A stretch of 60,560 bases of DNA, the filler included, from Candidatus Coatesbacteria bacterium (GTDB lineage: Bacteria; JAFGND01): NCBI GenBank assembly GCA_016927185.1. It is 6 parts of 6 records of this genome, joined end to end, with 100 filler letters (N's around TTAATTAATTAA, not from the genome) between each part and the next. Parts side by side here need not be neighbours in the genome. Positions count along the whole stretch, not along the records: positions 1 to 11,886 come from JAFGND010000035.1; 5 more parts are not named here. One strand, given 5' to 3'. A model generated the notes under the pieces. The model had not been told where the DNA came from. It did not search any database and saw only the letters and a list, made by a program, of their open reading frames with translations. Below are positions 1 to 9,532 of this stretch, piece by piece (within the stretch, counting starts at the first letter, position 1; every line of letters starts with the position of its first letter). Position numbers and translations under genes: made by a program.

Positions 1-131
1 TAATTACATTACTTTTACCATAAAAGTATACAAAAGTATATAAAAGTAGTAACTTTTGAGACCTTTTCTTTATAATTATATAGTGAAATTAATATCTCCT
101 GTATGCATCAGGAAAGAATAGTGAGATTAGC

Positions 132-230
132 TGTTTTATATAATTCCTCTTGTTCATATTAAAAAGAGACTCTTATCAGTAAATCATCAGGAATGGTTTT
201 CCTTATAATTATTTGAGGAGGAAAATTATA
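132..230 (+). repeat. ~100-bp dispersed non-coding repeat, copy A
   Basis: Matches the reverse complement of 60462-60560; the 25-nt core AGTAAATCATCAGGAATGGTTTTCC (178-202) is identical. Confidence 0.85.
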
Positions 231-234
231 TTAA

Positions 235-460
235 CCTCACCCCGTCTTCCAGACTCCCCTCTCCTACAAGGAGAGGGGCTAGGGGAGAGGTTCATGCAAA
301 TTGGCAGGGGGTAAGGTTTTATTCCTAGCCATCATCCTCAATCCTTCTCCCCCAAGGAGAAGGAAGAAGCTAGCAGCTAATCCACCATTCCCCTCTCCTT
401 GCAGGAGAGGGGGTTAGGGGTGAGGTTCATACAAAGAGGGGATAAATAGGGTGAGGTTTC
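235..460. repeat. Cluster of GC-rich REP-like palindromes
   Basis: CCCCTCTCCT-N3-AGGAGAGGGG at 256-278 and 390-412; TCCTTCTCC-N5-GGAGAAGGA at 342-364; recurring AGGGGWGAGGTT-like tails. Confidence 0.8.
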
Positions 461-586
461 TATTCAGGAGGAGCTTCTGGTGAGGGCTTCGATCTCCATC
501 CCTCATCATTATATTGAGTATTGCTCTTGTAATCATCTGTTAATATTCTTTAGAGGGCAGGGGAAATTAAAAATTTCCCCGATTTC

Positions 587-2410
587 TCATTCAACAGTAA
601 CACTCTTTGCAAGATGTCTTGGCTGATCCACTGGCTTTCCAAGCAGTTTCGCAACATAATATGCAAGAAGCTGGAGAGGAACTACTGTAAGAAATGGAGT
701 AAACATCTCGCGAGATTCTGGTATATAAATTACATCATCAGCCATTTCCTTTACCCTTGTATCCCCCTCAGTTGCAATACAGAACACCTTGCACGTTCTT
801 GCCTTGACTTCCTGAAGATTAGAGAAAACCTTATCATAAAGCTCATCTTTCGGGATTATGAACATGACTGGCATATCCTTGTCCAGTAATGAAATAGGAC
901 CATGCTTTAGCTCAGCTGCAGAATAACCTTCAGCATGAATATAAGTTATCTCTTTCAGTTTCAGCGCACCTTCCAGAGCTATTGGGTAATGAAGTCCTCT
1001 TCCAAGAAAGAGGAAATTCTTGTAATTCTTTGCTTTCTGTGCTATTGACTTTATATGATCCATCTGAGCGAGTATTTTATCCATATTGCTTGAGAGCGCT
1101 TCGAATTCTGAAATCCATTGCATGCCGACAGATGGAGATAGATTACGGCTTCTGCCAATAAGTAAAGTGAAAAGCGCAAGCACTGCAAGCTGGGATGTGA
1201 ATGCCTTTGTTGATGCAACTGCAATTTCAGGTCCTGCATGAAGATAGACTCCCCCGTCTGAAAGCCTAGCTATGGTTGAACCTGCAACATTGCAAATGCC
1301 ATATACCTTTCCACCCTTTATTTTTATTTCTTGCATGGCTCCAATAGTATCTTTAGTCTCTCCGCTCTGACTTATTGCAAAATAAAGAGTATCAGCACGT
1401 ACTACAGGATTTCTGTATCTGAATTCACTCGCTATTTCGCATCTGCAAGGGATTCTGACATAATTCTCAAGCCACATTGCCCCAATCATTGCTGCATGAA
1501 GACTTGTACCGCATGCAACGAAATGTATCTCTTTTATCTGCTCCAATTCAGATGTCCTCATATTAAGACCATCAAGCTTGCTTGTTGCAAATTCCTTCAA
1601 TATCCTTCCCTTCATGGTCTTGCCTATGCTTTCTGGTTGTTCGAAAATCTCCTTTTCCATGAAATCCTTGAATCCCTTTTTCTCCATTTCAACAAGATCC
1701 CAGTCAATCTTGTCTATGGTCTTCTGGATCTCTCCTGATTCAAAATGATATGTTCTGTAAGAATTCGCTGTAAGTACTGCAAGCTCCCTGTCTTCAAGAT
1801 AAATCACGTTTCTTGTATACGCTGCAAGTGCGTTTACATCTGAAGCAACATACATTGCATCTTCTCCAATTCCAAGAACTAGCGGTGACCCATTTCTTAC
1901 AGCAATTATCTTGTCAGGCTCTTTAGCTGAAAGAATGACAAGACCATATGGTCCTTCAAGATACCTGAGAGATTCTCTCACTGCTGACAGAAGATCATTA
2001 TCATAGCATTTTTCAATCAAGTGTGCAAGTATCTCAGAATCAGTATCAGAAGTGAATTTATGTCCTTCTTCAAGCAGCTTTGCCTTGAGAATAGAATAAT
2101 TCTCAATAACTCCATTATGAACAATACTGAGATTGTTGTTACAGTCGTTATGTGGATGAGAATTGTTATCTGAAGGTTCTCCATGTGTTGCCCATCTCGT
2201 ATGACCTATCAATGCTGTACTGTTGATATTGCCTGGAATATTCTTTTCCAGTATATGAATAGTGCCTTTCTTTTTATAAGTTTTTATCTTGCTATTCTCT
2301 ATATAACTTATTCCCGCACTATCATAACCACGGTATTCCAGTCTTTTCAAACCCTGGATAATGAAAGGTAAACCATTAGTTTTACCTATATAACCTGTAA
2401 TTCCGCACAT
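587..2410 (-). CDS. glmS: Glutamine--fructose-6-phosphate aminotransferase (isomerizing)
   Basis: MCGI N-terminal Cys, HTRWATHG, SQSGET, C-terminal LAKSVTVE. Confidence 0.98.
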   Translation of the reverse strand: MCGITGYIGKTNGLPFIIQGLKRLEYRGYDSAGISYIENSKIKTYKKKGTIHILEKNIPGNINSTALIGHTRWATHGEPSDNNSHPHNDCNNNLSIVHNGVIENYSILKAKLLEEGHKFTSDTDSEILAHLIEKCYDNDLLSAVRESLRYLEGPYGLVILSAKEPDKIIAVRNGSPLVLGIGEDAMYVASDVNALAAYTRNVIYLEDRELAVLTANSYRTYHFESGEIQKTIDKIDWDLVEMEKKGFKDFMEKEIFEQPESIGKTMKGRILKEFATSKLDGLNMRTSELEQIKEIHFVACGTSLHAAMIGAMWLENYVRIPCRCEIASEFRYRNPVVRADTLYFAISQSGETKDTIGAMQEIKIKGGKVYGICNVAGSTIARLSDGGVYLHAGPEIAVASTKAFTSQLAVLALFTLLIGRSRNLSPSVGMQWISEFEALSSNMDKILAQMDHIKSIAQKAKNYKNFLFLGRGLHYPIALEGALKLKEITYIHAEGYSAAELKHGPISLLDKDMPVMFIIPKDELYDKVFSNLQEVKARTCKVFCIATEGDTRVKEMADDVIYIPESREMFTPFLTVVPLQLLAYYVAKLLGKPVDQPRHLAKSVTVE

Positions 2411-2419
2411 TTTTCCCTC

Positions 2420-2668
2420 CTATCCGTAAATAATACGTCTTATCTGCCTGAGCGATAATGGTTTTGATTTGAATCTCAAGTTCTTTATCTCATTCTGAAT
2501 GATTACATAAATTTGATCATTTTTCAAGTCTTTAGACAATTCATTGTGTCTTTTTGTTATATATTCCTCTAATGTCAAATCAAGTGCAGAAAAGACTTCT
2601 TCAAGCACTTTTTTAGACTTGTCTGATGAAAGTCCGGTTATAAAAGAAATTCTCTCTATGATTTTCAC
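2420..2668 (-). CDS. Small hypothetical protein (82 aa) directly upstream of glmS
   Basis: Ends 9 nt before the glmS start; helical, C-terminal LSLRQIRRIIYG. Confidence 0.75.
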   Translation of the reverse strand: MKIIERISFITGLSSDKSKKVLEEVFSALDLTLEEYITKRHNELSKDLKNDQIYVIIQNEIKNLRFKSKPLSLRQIRRIIYG

Positions 2669-2754
2669 AAAGCAAAGTATAATATCCTGTTTTTTTTATG
2701 CAAGAGATTTGCCCGAATTCGGGTAAATAGCTATCTGAAAAGATTTATGGCTAG

Positions 2755-4878
2755 CTAATCTTCTTCTTCCAGATCAGGTCTCATAACATTTTTAATGGTT
2801 TTTTCTGTATGTTTTATGTTTCTGGGAATTACTGAGGCATTTGGGTCGGGACTATATGGTTTGAAATACGAATAATCAAAGTCTGGATGATATATCTGGG
2901 CAACCTGATTAGGCTGGTATATATAGACTTTGTAATTCTTGAAATACTGGGAAACCTCGTAATCCCTTTTCTCATTCTGCTGCTTAACAAACAAAAGTTT
3001 GTTTTTGAATTCAAGATCATTTAACAAGAAACCAGGACCATAAACTGAATACCAGACCAATCCATAGGTTTTCTGATCATAAGGAATTACAAAAACAAGT
3101 CCATTATCTATTTTATTCTTTTTCAGGTCTTTGTATAGTTTATCTCCTATCCCATGAAGATTCTGGCTGTGCCTTTCCAGAAGAGCAAATCCGCTTACAG
3201 GCAAGATCAATATAAATCCTGTCACAAGCATGATTTTTACCAGTCTTATATTGAATCCCTTGAGAACGTCTATCCAGAGTGTATTCTCAAGCAAGGTGAA
3301 CAAGCCAGCTGCAGAAAAAATGAAAATAAATGGAACCAATTCAAAGTAGAATCTTGCAGACCAGTTTGTCCCTCCATAAAAGAAATACCATGAATATGCG
3401 AATACATAAATCAAGCATCCTGCAAGCAATACATAATCGGTCTCTTTCAGTTTATTGTAAATGAAGTAAATCAGGATAAAAAGCAATCCGGGAATTCCCC
3501 AGCTGAAAAGATCATGATTAAGTCCTCTTAAATTATGCATTGTATTTGATATAGCTTTATTGATGGAATGCCCGTAACTTCCATAAGTAGCCCATAATCC
3601 GCTTTCACTGGAAAATCCAAGTGAGTTTATTTCATGACCGAAATAGATCTTTGTATACTTGCTTACAGGGAACAAGAGCGGATCTCCTGTCTGATTGTAA
3701 TTATAATACATTGTGAAGGCAAGGGCAATACAAGGTCCTGCAAGAAACAGTAACAAATCCAGTATGGTTTTTTTCTTGAATTGCTTTATTATCAGATACA
3801 ATAATGGGATACCCATTACAATTCCACTCAGAGGCCTTATCAGATATGCGTAACCTGTCAATAAACCTGGAATTAAGGTAGAAAGCAAAACATTCCTGTC
3901 TTTATAATTGAAATAGCAGAAATAAGCAATCAAGATCATCAGCATGCATGATGGATGGCTCATGAAAGAGGGAGTCATGAAAATGAACCAAGGTGAAAAA
4001 ACTGCCAGAATCGCTGCCAGTCTTGCTGTTCTTTCATTATAGAGCAATGCTCCCAGCCTGTAAATGAAAAACAGAGTTATAGCACTTATTATTATATTTG
4101 TTAGCCAGGGAGCTTTCAGGAATGCTCCTATAGAAAGTATTAATGGCCAGCCAGGAGTGAAGGTTGAATAGACTTTTTCAGCCGTATATATCCAGTAATA
4201 ATTTATTGCATCAGCAAAAGGGAAGGATCCTAAATGAAATTTACCGGATGCAAAGATCCTGGCCTGTAATAAATAGCTGATTTCGTCTTCAATTCTGGGC
4301 ATTTGCTTGAAAATGAATATAGAGATGAACAAAGAAAAAACGAAATAAATAATATATAACCTCAGTAGGAAATTCTTCCTGCTTGATGAAAAGAAAAAAC
4401 TTCTCGTTTTTTCAAAAGTGTTCTCGAAAATGAATTTCAAAGGATTTGCTGCCATAAGGAAGACAAGTGAAAGGAAACCTGAAATATCAATAGCGAAACC
4501 TTGCATCATAAGTACCCGCCATTTGGTTTTTCCAGTAAAAACAACGGTATACAAATCAAAGCTTATCATTATTATCCAGAGGAATAATAGAGATAGCAGA
4601 ACATATTTTCTTTCTATGAATAGTCTCCATAAGTTTTTAAATAAAAGTCTTGCTACTGGATGATATCTGAAAAGAACCAGAAGGGAGACAATTATGAATA
4701 TGAAAAAAAGCAAGGCTAATGGATATCTGTAAACTATCAATAAATCAGGTTTTATAAAGATCTTCAGCAATACACTTGAGAAGAAAAAGGTCTTCTTTGC
4801 ATAACCGAAGAATTGCATGCAAAAATATATAGATAAGTAAGCTAAAGCAAATAAGAAGAAAACTATGCGCTTTAACAT
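2755..4878 (-). CDS. Polytopic membrane glycosyltransferase (GT-C, PMT/ArnT-like)
   Basis: Many TM segments; DE motif (IEDEISY) after an early TM helix; PGWPLILS; ARFY motif. Confidence 0.75.
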   Translation of the reverse strand: MLKRIVFFLFALAYLSIYFCMQFFGYAKKTFFFSSVLLKIFIKPDLLIVYRYPLALLFFIFIIVSLLVLFRYHPVARLLFKNLWRLFIERKYVLLSLLFLWIIMISFDLYTVVFTGKTKWRVLMMQGFAIDISGFLSLVFLMAANPLKFIFENTFEKTRSFFFSSSRKNFLLRLYIIYFVFSLFISIFIFKQMPRIEDEISYLLQARIFASGKFHLGSFPFADAINYYWIYTAEKVYSTFTPGWPLILSIGAFLKAPWLTNIIISAITLFFIYRLGALLYNERTARLAAILAVFSPWFIFMTPSFMSHPSCMLMILIAYFCYFNYKDRNVLLSTLIPGLLTGYAYLIRPLSGIVMGIPLLYLIIKQFKKKTILDLLLFLAGPCIALAFTMYYNYNQTGDPLLFPVSKYTKIYFGHEINSLGFSSESGLWATYGSYGHSINKAISNTMHNLRGLNHDLFSWGIPGLLFILIYFIYNKLKETDYVLLAGCLIYVFAYSWYFFYGGTNWSARFYFELVPFIFIFSAAGLFTLLENTLWIDVLKGFNIRLVKIMLVTGFILILPVSGFALLERHSQNLHGIGDKLYKDLKKNKIDNGLVFVIPYDQKTYGLVWYSVYGPGFLLNDLEFKNKLLFVKQQNEKRDYEVSQYFKNYKVYIYQPNQVAQIYHPDFDYSYFKPYSPDPNASVIPRNIKHTEKTIKNVMRPDLEEED

Positions 4879-4984
4879 ATGAAAGATAGAACCCTGTAAT
4901 GACCAAGTCAGGTCAAGAAAAATATAAGAAAAATATAATGCAACTAAAATAGATTTGTTTATTTGTATGCTTGGATTAACAGAA

Positions 4985-5007
4985 AGGGAGCAGCCTATCT
5001 ACTCCCT
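4985..5007 (-). terminator. Putative intrinsic terminator after icd
   Basis: AGGGAGCAG-cctat-CTACTCCCT hairpin just after the icd stop. Confidence 0.6.
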
Positions 5008-5014
5008 GTTCAGT

Positions 5015-6205
5015 TTATAACTTGCCTGCTACTGCGTCTATGAATTCTTCAGTAGAAGCATATTTATCTGGTTTGGGATCAGCCAGCAGAAACAAATCCT
5101 TAGTCATAATCCCTGATTCAATTGTTTCCTTTACTGAATACTCAATCTTTCTAGCAAATTCTGTAAGGTTTTTATTGTTATCGAGTTGCCCACGCTTTCC
5201 AATAGCACCTGTCCATGCAAAAATACTTGCAACTGAGTTTGTACTTGTCGGATTACCCTTCTGGTATTCCCTGAAATGCCTTGTAACAGTTCCATGAGCT
5301 GCTTCATATTCAAACAACCCATCTGGAGAGACTAAAACTGAAGTCATCATCCCGAGACTTCCAAAACCTGCTGCTACCATATCACTCATTACATCACCAT
5401 CATAATTCATGCAAGCCCAGAGAATTCCTCCCTCGTTCTTTATGACTTGTGCAACAGCATCATCAATCAACAAATAGCGGTACATGACATCTGCTTCCTT
5501 CAGTCTGTCTTCATTCTTTTTTACTTCTTCATTGAATATATCACGGAAATATGCGTGATATGTCTTACTGATAGTATCTTTTGTTGCAAACCAGAGAGGT
5601 AATTTTTCACTTATTGCATAATTAATACAGCTTCTTGCAAAACTCCTTATTGATTTCTCAGTATTATGTATACCCATTACAACTCCACCACCTTTGAAAG
5701 AGTGAATTTCTTTTGTTATTCTCTCTTCAGAATTCTCTGGAGTGAAACATATTTTGGCTATTCCTGCTTCATTGATAAGTATTTCTATATTTTTGTAAAT
5801 GTCTCCATATGCATGACGACCTATATGTATGGGTTTTTTCCATGATCGAACGAATGGAGGAATGTTCTTCATGATTATTGGGTTTCTGAAAACAGTCCCA
5901 TCAAGAATTCCCCTGATTGTTCCATTTGGACTTGGCCATTGTTTTTTCAATCCGAATTCCTTTACCCTGTCAGCATTTGGGGTTATTGTTGCACATTTGC
6001 AGCCAACTCCGTACTTTTTTATTGCTTCTGCAGCGTCTTTTGTTATCTGATCATCTGTTCTGTCTCTTTCTGTTATACTCAAATCATAATACTCGGTTTT
6101 CAGATTGATAAAAGGTTTTAACAAGCACTCTTTTATCATACTCCAGATCACCCTTGTCATTTCATCTCCATCAATCTCGACAATAGGAATCTTCATTTCA
6201 AGCAT
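5015..6205 (-). CDS. icd: NADP-dependent isocitrate dehydrogenase (subfamily II)
   Basis: [37 protein letters not shown] motifs. Confidence 0.97.
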   Translation of the reverse strand: MLEMKIPIVEIDGDEMTRVIWSMIKECLLKPFINLKTEYYDLSITERDRTDDQITKDAAEAIKKYGVGCKCATITPNADRVKEFGLKKQWPSPNGTIRGILDGTVFRNPIIMKNIPPFVRSWKKPIHIGRHAYGDIYKNIEILINEAGIAKICFTPENSEERITKEIHSFKGGGVVMGIHNTEKSIRSFARSCINYAISEKLPLWFATKDTISKTYHAYFRDIFNEEVKKNEDRLKEADVMYRYLLIDDAVAQVIKNEGGILWACMNYDGDVMSDMVAAGFGSLGMMTSVLVSPDGLFEYEAAHGTVTRHFREYQKGNPTSTNSVASIFAWTGAIGKRGQLDNNKNLTEFARKIEYSVKETIESGIMTKDLFLLADPKPDKYASTEEFIDAVAGKL

Positions 6206-6414
6206 TTTCTACCTCCATTAATAATTGACTTTTCTGAACTCTTAAAAAGCATTGTTATGTCAAGTGAATTAAAAGAATAAAAAAAATACAATTTCAGTCG
6301 AGTCTATTGAAATCTTGATAATACATAATATAATAGGAAATGATTTCTGATTTAATTAAGGGAAATAGTTTCCATAAGACTATTATCTTGACTATATATA
6401 GTCGTATGATGGTT

Positions 6415-6431
6415 TTGGCATATTTCTTGCT
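6415..6431 (+). promoter_or_regulatory. Sigma-54 (-24/-12) promoter
   Basis: TTGGCATATTTCTTGCT has exact GG-N10-GC spacing and lies ~28 nt upstream of an ATG with SD. Confidence 0.7.
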
Positions 6432-6458
6432 TATTAGATAATAATTAAGGAGGAAAAA

Positions 6459-6617
6459 ATGGTTTACAAAGGCAGATACTATGGATGGGGTTGGTTATTC
6501 GCCCTTCTCTGGTTACTTGTTTATTTCTTGTGGCCTTTCAAATCGACAGCAAGCACTGAATCAGATTATCCTTCTTCCTCGGTAAGTAATGAAATAATTG
6601 AAAGGAATTTCAATTAA
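6459..6617 (+). CDS. Unannotated 52-aa single-pass membrane peptide (MVYKGRYYGWGWLFALLWLLVYFLWPFKSTAS...)
   Basis: AAGGAGG SD before ATG; Trp/Tyr-rich hydrophobic helix; downstream of the sigma-54 site; below the ORF-track cutoff. Confidence 0.7.
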   Translation: MVYKGRYYGWGWLFALLWLLVYFLWPFKSTASTESDYPSSSVSNEIIERNFN

Positions 6618-6709
6618 TAGAAAACTATTTCAATAAATCACTTGACATAACATTCTATATAGCGTTTCAAGAAACCATCAAAAAAATTAGTTCTAGATCA
6701 GAAGATTAT

Positions 6710-7120
6710 TTGGAAGCAATAACTATTTTATCTCGAAATAGAAAAGCAGTCCGAATAAAAGAAATAAGTGAGTTTTTGGGGGTATCCAAACCTTCTGCAA
6801 ATGCTGCAATGAAATCATTGGCTGATAAAGGACTGGTAATCCACGAAAAATATGGTCATATTTACCTTACAGAAAAAGGGATGAGGCTTGGAAATAGTAT
6901 TTATGCAAAACATGAGATGCTTCTAAGCTTTCTTGTTGATATATTATGTGTCCCCAAGGAAATAGCAATAAAAGATGCATGTAAACTTGAACATGGTATG
7001 AGTAATATTACAATGGAGAATTTCTCAGTTTTCGTAAGTTTTATAAAAAACTCAGATATAGATTCCAGATCAATTATAGACTTGTTCAAATCTTACAAGG
7101 GAACAGACACGGACAAATGA
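6710..7120 (+). CDS. DtxR/MntR-family metal-dependent regulator (true start likely further upstream)
   Basis: wHTH (VRIKEISEFLGVSKPS), HEKYG, DACKLEH; conserved EDY lies in frame just upstream of the TTG. Confidence 0.9.
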   Translation: MEAITILSRNRKAVRIKEISEFLGVSKPSANAAMKSLADKGLVIHEKYGHIYLTEKGMRLGNSIYAKHEMLLSFLVDILCVPKEIAIKDACKLEHGMSNITMENFSVFVSFIKNSDIDSRSIIDLFKSYKGTDTDK

Positions 7121-7728
7121 ACATTTTCATTGCTCTTTTTGTATTGCTTATGGCAATAGATGGCAAGGTAGAGAAAGATTTCAATAATGATAATCATCCT
7201 TATAATTACAGAATTATTGATGGTTTCTTACATTGTGGAGGAACACCTTTATCTCCATCATACCAAAATTCAAACAAAGAAGTATTGGCAATTCTCAAGT
7301 ATTTGAAAAGCAAGGGTGTAGAATATGTCATCACTCTAGATGGTTCTTCGAGATCAAGAAAGAGGCTTCCTGGTCTTATCCAACAGGCTGGATTGAAGCA
7401 GATAAGACTATATATGAATGCTTCTAAAGTACCTACTGAGAAAGAATGGGCTAAACTCAAGAAACTTATGAATTCAAGAAAAGGCATATATGTTCATTGT
7501 ACATGGGGTGCAGACAGAACTGGAGCGATTATAGCTAGATATCTTGTTGATATAAAAGGCTATAGTGGAGAGAAAGCCTGGAAAGCAGTTATATCAAAAG
7601 GTTCTCATGCAGGTCCTAAAGGTGGCTTCAAGAAAAATCCTTCATATAGAAAACTGCTTCTATTCTTCTGGAAAGATGTATGTAAGGAATCACCTTCTGT
7701 TGCTGAGATTTACAATATAACAGAATGA
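7117..7728 (+). CDS. Exported PTP/dual-specificity phosphatase-like protein
   Basis: Hydrophobic N-terminus; HCTWGADRTG = HCX5R motif; ATGA overlap with the upstream gene. Confidence 0.8.
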   Translation: MNIFIALFVLLMAIDGKVEKDFNNDNHPYNYRIIDGFLHCGGTPLSPSYQNSNKEVLAILKYLKSKGVEYVITLDGSSRSRKRLPGLIQQAGLKQIRLYMNASKVPTEKEWAKLKKLMNSRKGIYVHCTWGADRTGAIIARYLVDIKGYSGEKAWKAVISKGSHAGPKGGFKKNPSYRKLLLFFWKDVCKESPSVAEIYNITE

Positions 7729-7857
7729 AGCTATTACTGAACGCATTTTATTGGCAGTTTTTTGCAATAGTTTTTCCCCTGAGATTATTGCTTTATTTTA
7801 TATACTGGAAAATAATGTTTATCTGGGAAATACTACTTCTTCCTTTAAGAATAGTCT

Positions 7858-7893
7858 TGAAGTGCATTTTTTGAAAAAACAAAATGCACTTCA
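7858..7893. terminator. Probable bidirectional terminator
   Basis: 13-bp perfect inverted repeat TGAAGTGCATTTT...AAAATGCACTTCA between convergent genes. Confidence 0.7.
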
Positions 7894-7933
7894 GTATCCT
7901 TTGAGTTTTTAGCAAAATGCTTAAAGAGGATCT

Positions 7934-8830
7934 TTATGGAACAGTTCTCTTGCCGTGGCCTTTTTCAGGCCTTCCAGGAGAATTATCAAATTCCTCTATA
8001 ACAAAATATAGTGCAGTTATAAAATTTCTCTTGAACTTGCCATGAAAATGACTATGTGCTCCATTTGAATATTCAATCCATTGCTTTTCTATATCACTCA
8101 AATCAGGATTGAGAGGGTCTATCAAATAACATATACAACGCAATTCATAAGATACTACATCAAGAAAAACGACATTGGTAACAGGATTTTCCATGACATT
8201 CAGAAATGTATGTGTCTGAAAAGAAGGAGTTGTATATAATTCTAATGAAATCAAAGCTCTTCTATCCCATAATTCGGGTTTCTTGTAATTTTGGAGAAGA
8301 AGCTCTATTTTTTTCTTTCTTTTCTGCATATCTTTATCGTCAGCTGAATCATACTGCCTGAATTCTTCTATTCTCTCTTTCAAAAGTTTTTGTTCAGGAA
8401 CAAGTCCAGTACCTTTCACTGCATTGTTAAGAGAAAATATGCTATCTTCTCTTGCTCTTCCATAGCTTGCCACCATTGCGTTATGAGCTCCATCAAATGA
8501 AATTTCCCTGGATGCATTTTTATCTCCTTCAAACATTCTCAAGAAAATTCCAAGCAATTTTTGCCTGTTTTTTAAGTTCCAGTCAAGGAATTCATCGCTG
8601 TAGCCTCTTATAGGGAATTCCTTCCAGGCTCCATCAACTTTTGCATTGATTATATTCTTATCAAGTCTTGATATATCTACATTTTTATGGACTATATAGT
8701 TGTCTTTCCAGAAATCCTTAACATTCCCGGAAGGAAATCTGATTTCCTGTTCACCATACAGAGGATTGATAATAATTCCAAAGGGTAGAAAAGCCGACAT
8801 TTGCAGAATTTCCCTTCTTGAGAACCTCAT
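7934..8830 (-). CDS. Tat-signal protein, possibly FMN-binding split-barrel-like
   Basis: N-terminal SRREILQ twin-arginine motif; THTFLNVMENP resembles the split-barrel family; AGGAGG SD. Confidence 0.55.
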   Translation of the reverse strand: MRFSRREILQMSAFLPFGIIINPLYGEQEIRFPSGNVKDFWKDNYIVHKNVDISRLDKNIINAKVDGAWKEFPIRGYSDEFLDWNLKNRQKLLGIFLRMFEGDKNASREISFDGAHNAMVASYGRAREDSIFSLNNAVKGTGLVPEQKLLKERIEEFRQYDSADDKDMQKRKKKIELLLQNYKKPELWDRRALISLELYTTPSFQTHTFLNVMENPVTNVVFLDVVSYELRCICYLIDPLNPDLSDIEKQWIEYSNGAHSHFHGKFKRNFITALYFVIEEFDNSPGRPEKGHGKRTVP

Positions 8831-9028
8831 TTTTGAAACCTCCTTTTAAAAACGGTTTCTTTTCTGTAAAATGAAAAAAATGGCAAGTCCAATCTTGGAA
8901 TCAAAGATAATAAAACCTGTCTATTGCGAATAAAGAATATTTTTAATAAAACTAACTTGACAAAAAATACTTAAAACTATCGACAAAAACTCCTTTAAAA
9001 GTTTAAATCCAAAAAAAGCTCGGGGGTA

Positions 9029-9529
9029 GTGATGATTATTACATGTCCTAGTTGTGGTGCAAAGTACAAAATACCTGAAGAACGTATTTCTGAAAAAGAA
9101 AGTATGAGGGTAAAGTGCAAGAAATGCTCAAATGTCTTTACAGTTAGCCAGGAACAGGAAAAAGAGAAAGTTGTTCTTGACAAGATTGCAGAACAAAGCA
9201 AGGATACTAAAACTTCTCCAGCAGCAACACAGGAAACAGATGAAAAAAAGAAAAGTGAATTTGAATCTTTCCTTGAAGCATTACCTCCCCAAGAAAGAAA
9301 AGCCCACATGGATGCTAGAAGATTGGCAAGAGTACTAGCGTCTGATATAGTAGCATACAATAAAGAGAAGATAGAGAAAGGAAGAAAAGACAGTAATCTT
9401 GTTGAAGTCTTGAAACCAGAAATAAGGAAATCATGGTCATTATATAAAAGACGAATCCCTCCTCAAATTATTGATAAAACTGATTATTTCCTGGAAGCCT
9501 TAAACGAAATAGTACTTGGAGAAAAATAA
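9029..9529 (+). CDS. Zinc-ribbon (MJ0042-type finger) protein with helical C-terminal domain
   Basis: ITCPSCGAKY...VKCKKCSNVF; C-terminal ARRLARVLASDI. Confidence 0.85.
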   Translation: MMIITCPSCGAKYKIPEERISEKESMRVKCKKCSNVFTVSQEQEKEKVVLDKIAEQSKDTKTSPAATQETDEKKKSEFESFLEALPPQERKAHMDARRLARVLASDIVAYNKEKIEKGRKDSNLVEVLKPEIRKSWSLYKRRIPPQIIDKTDYFLEALNEIVLGEK

Positions 9530-9532
9530 ATA

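Noticed and set aside
7751-7766. Sigma-54-like TTGGCAGTTTTTTGCA
   Set aside because: GG-GC spacing is 9 rather than 10, and it lies between convergent gene ends.
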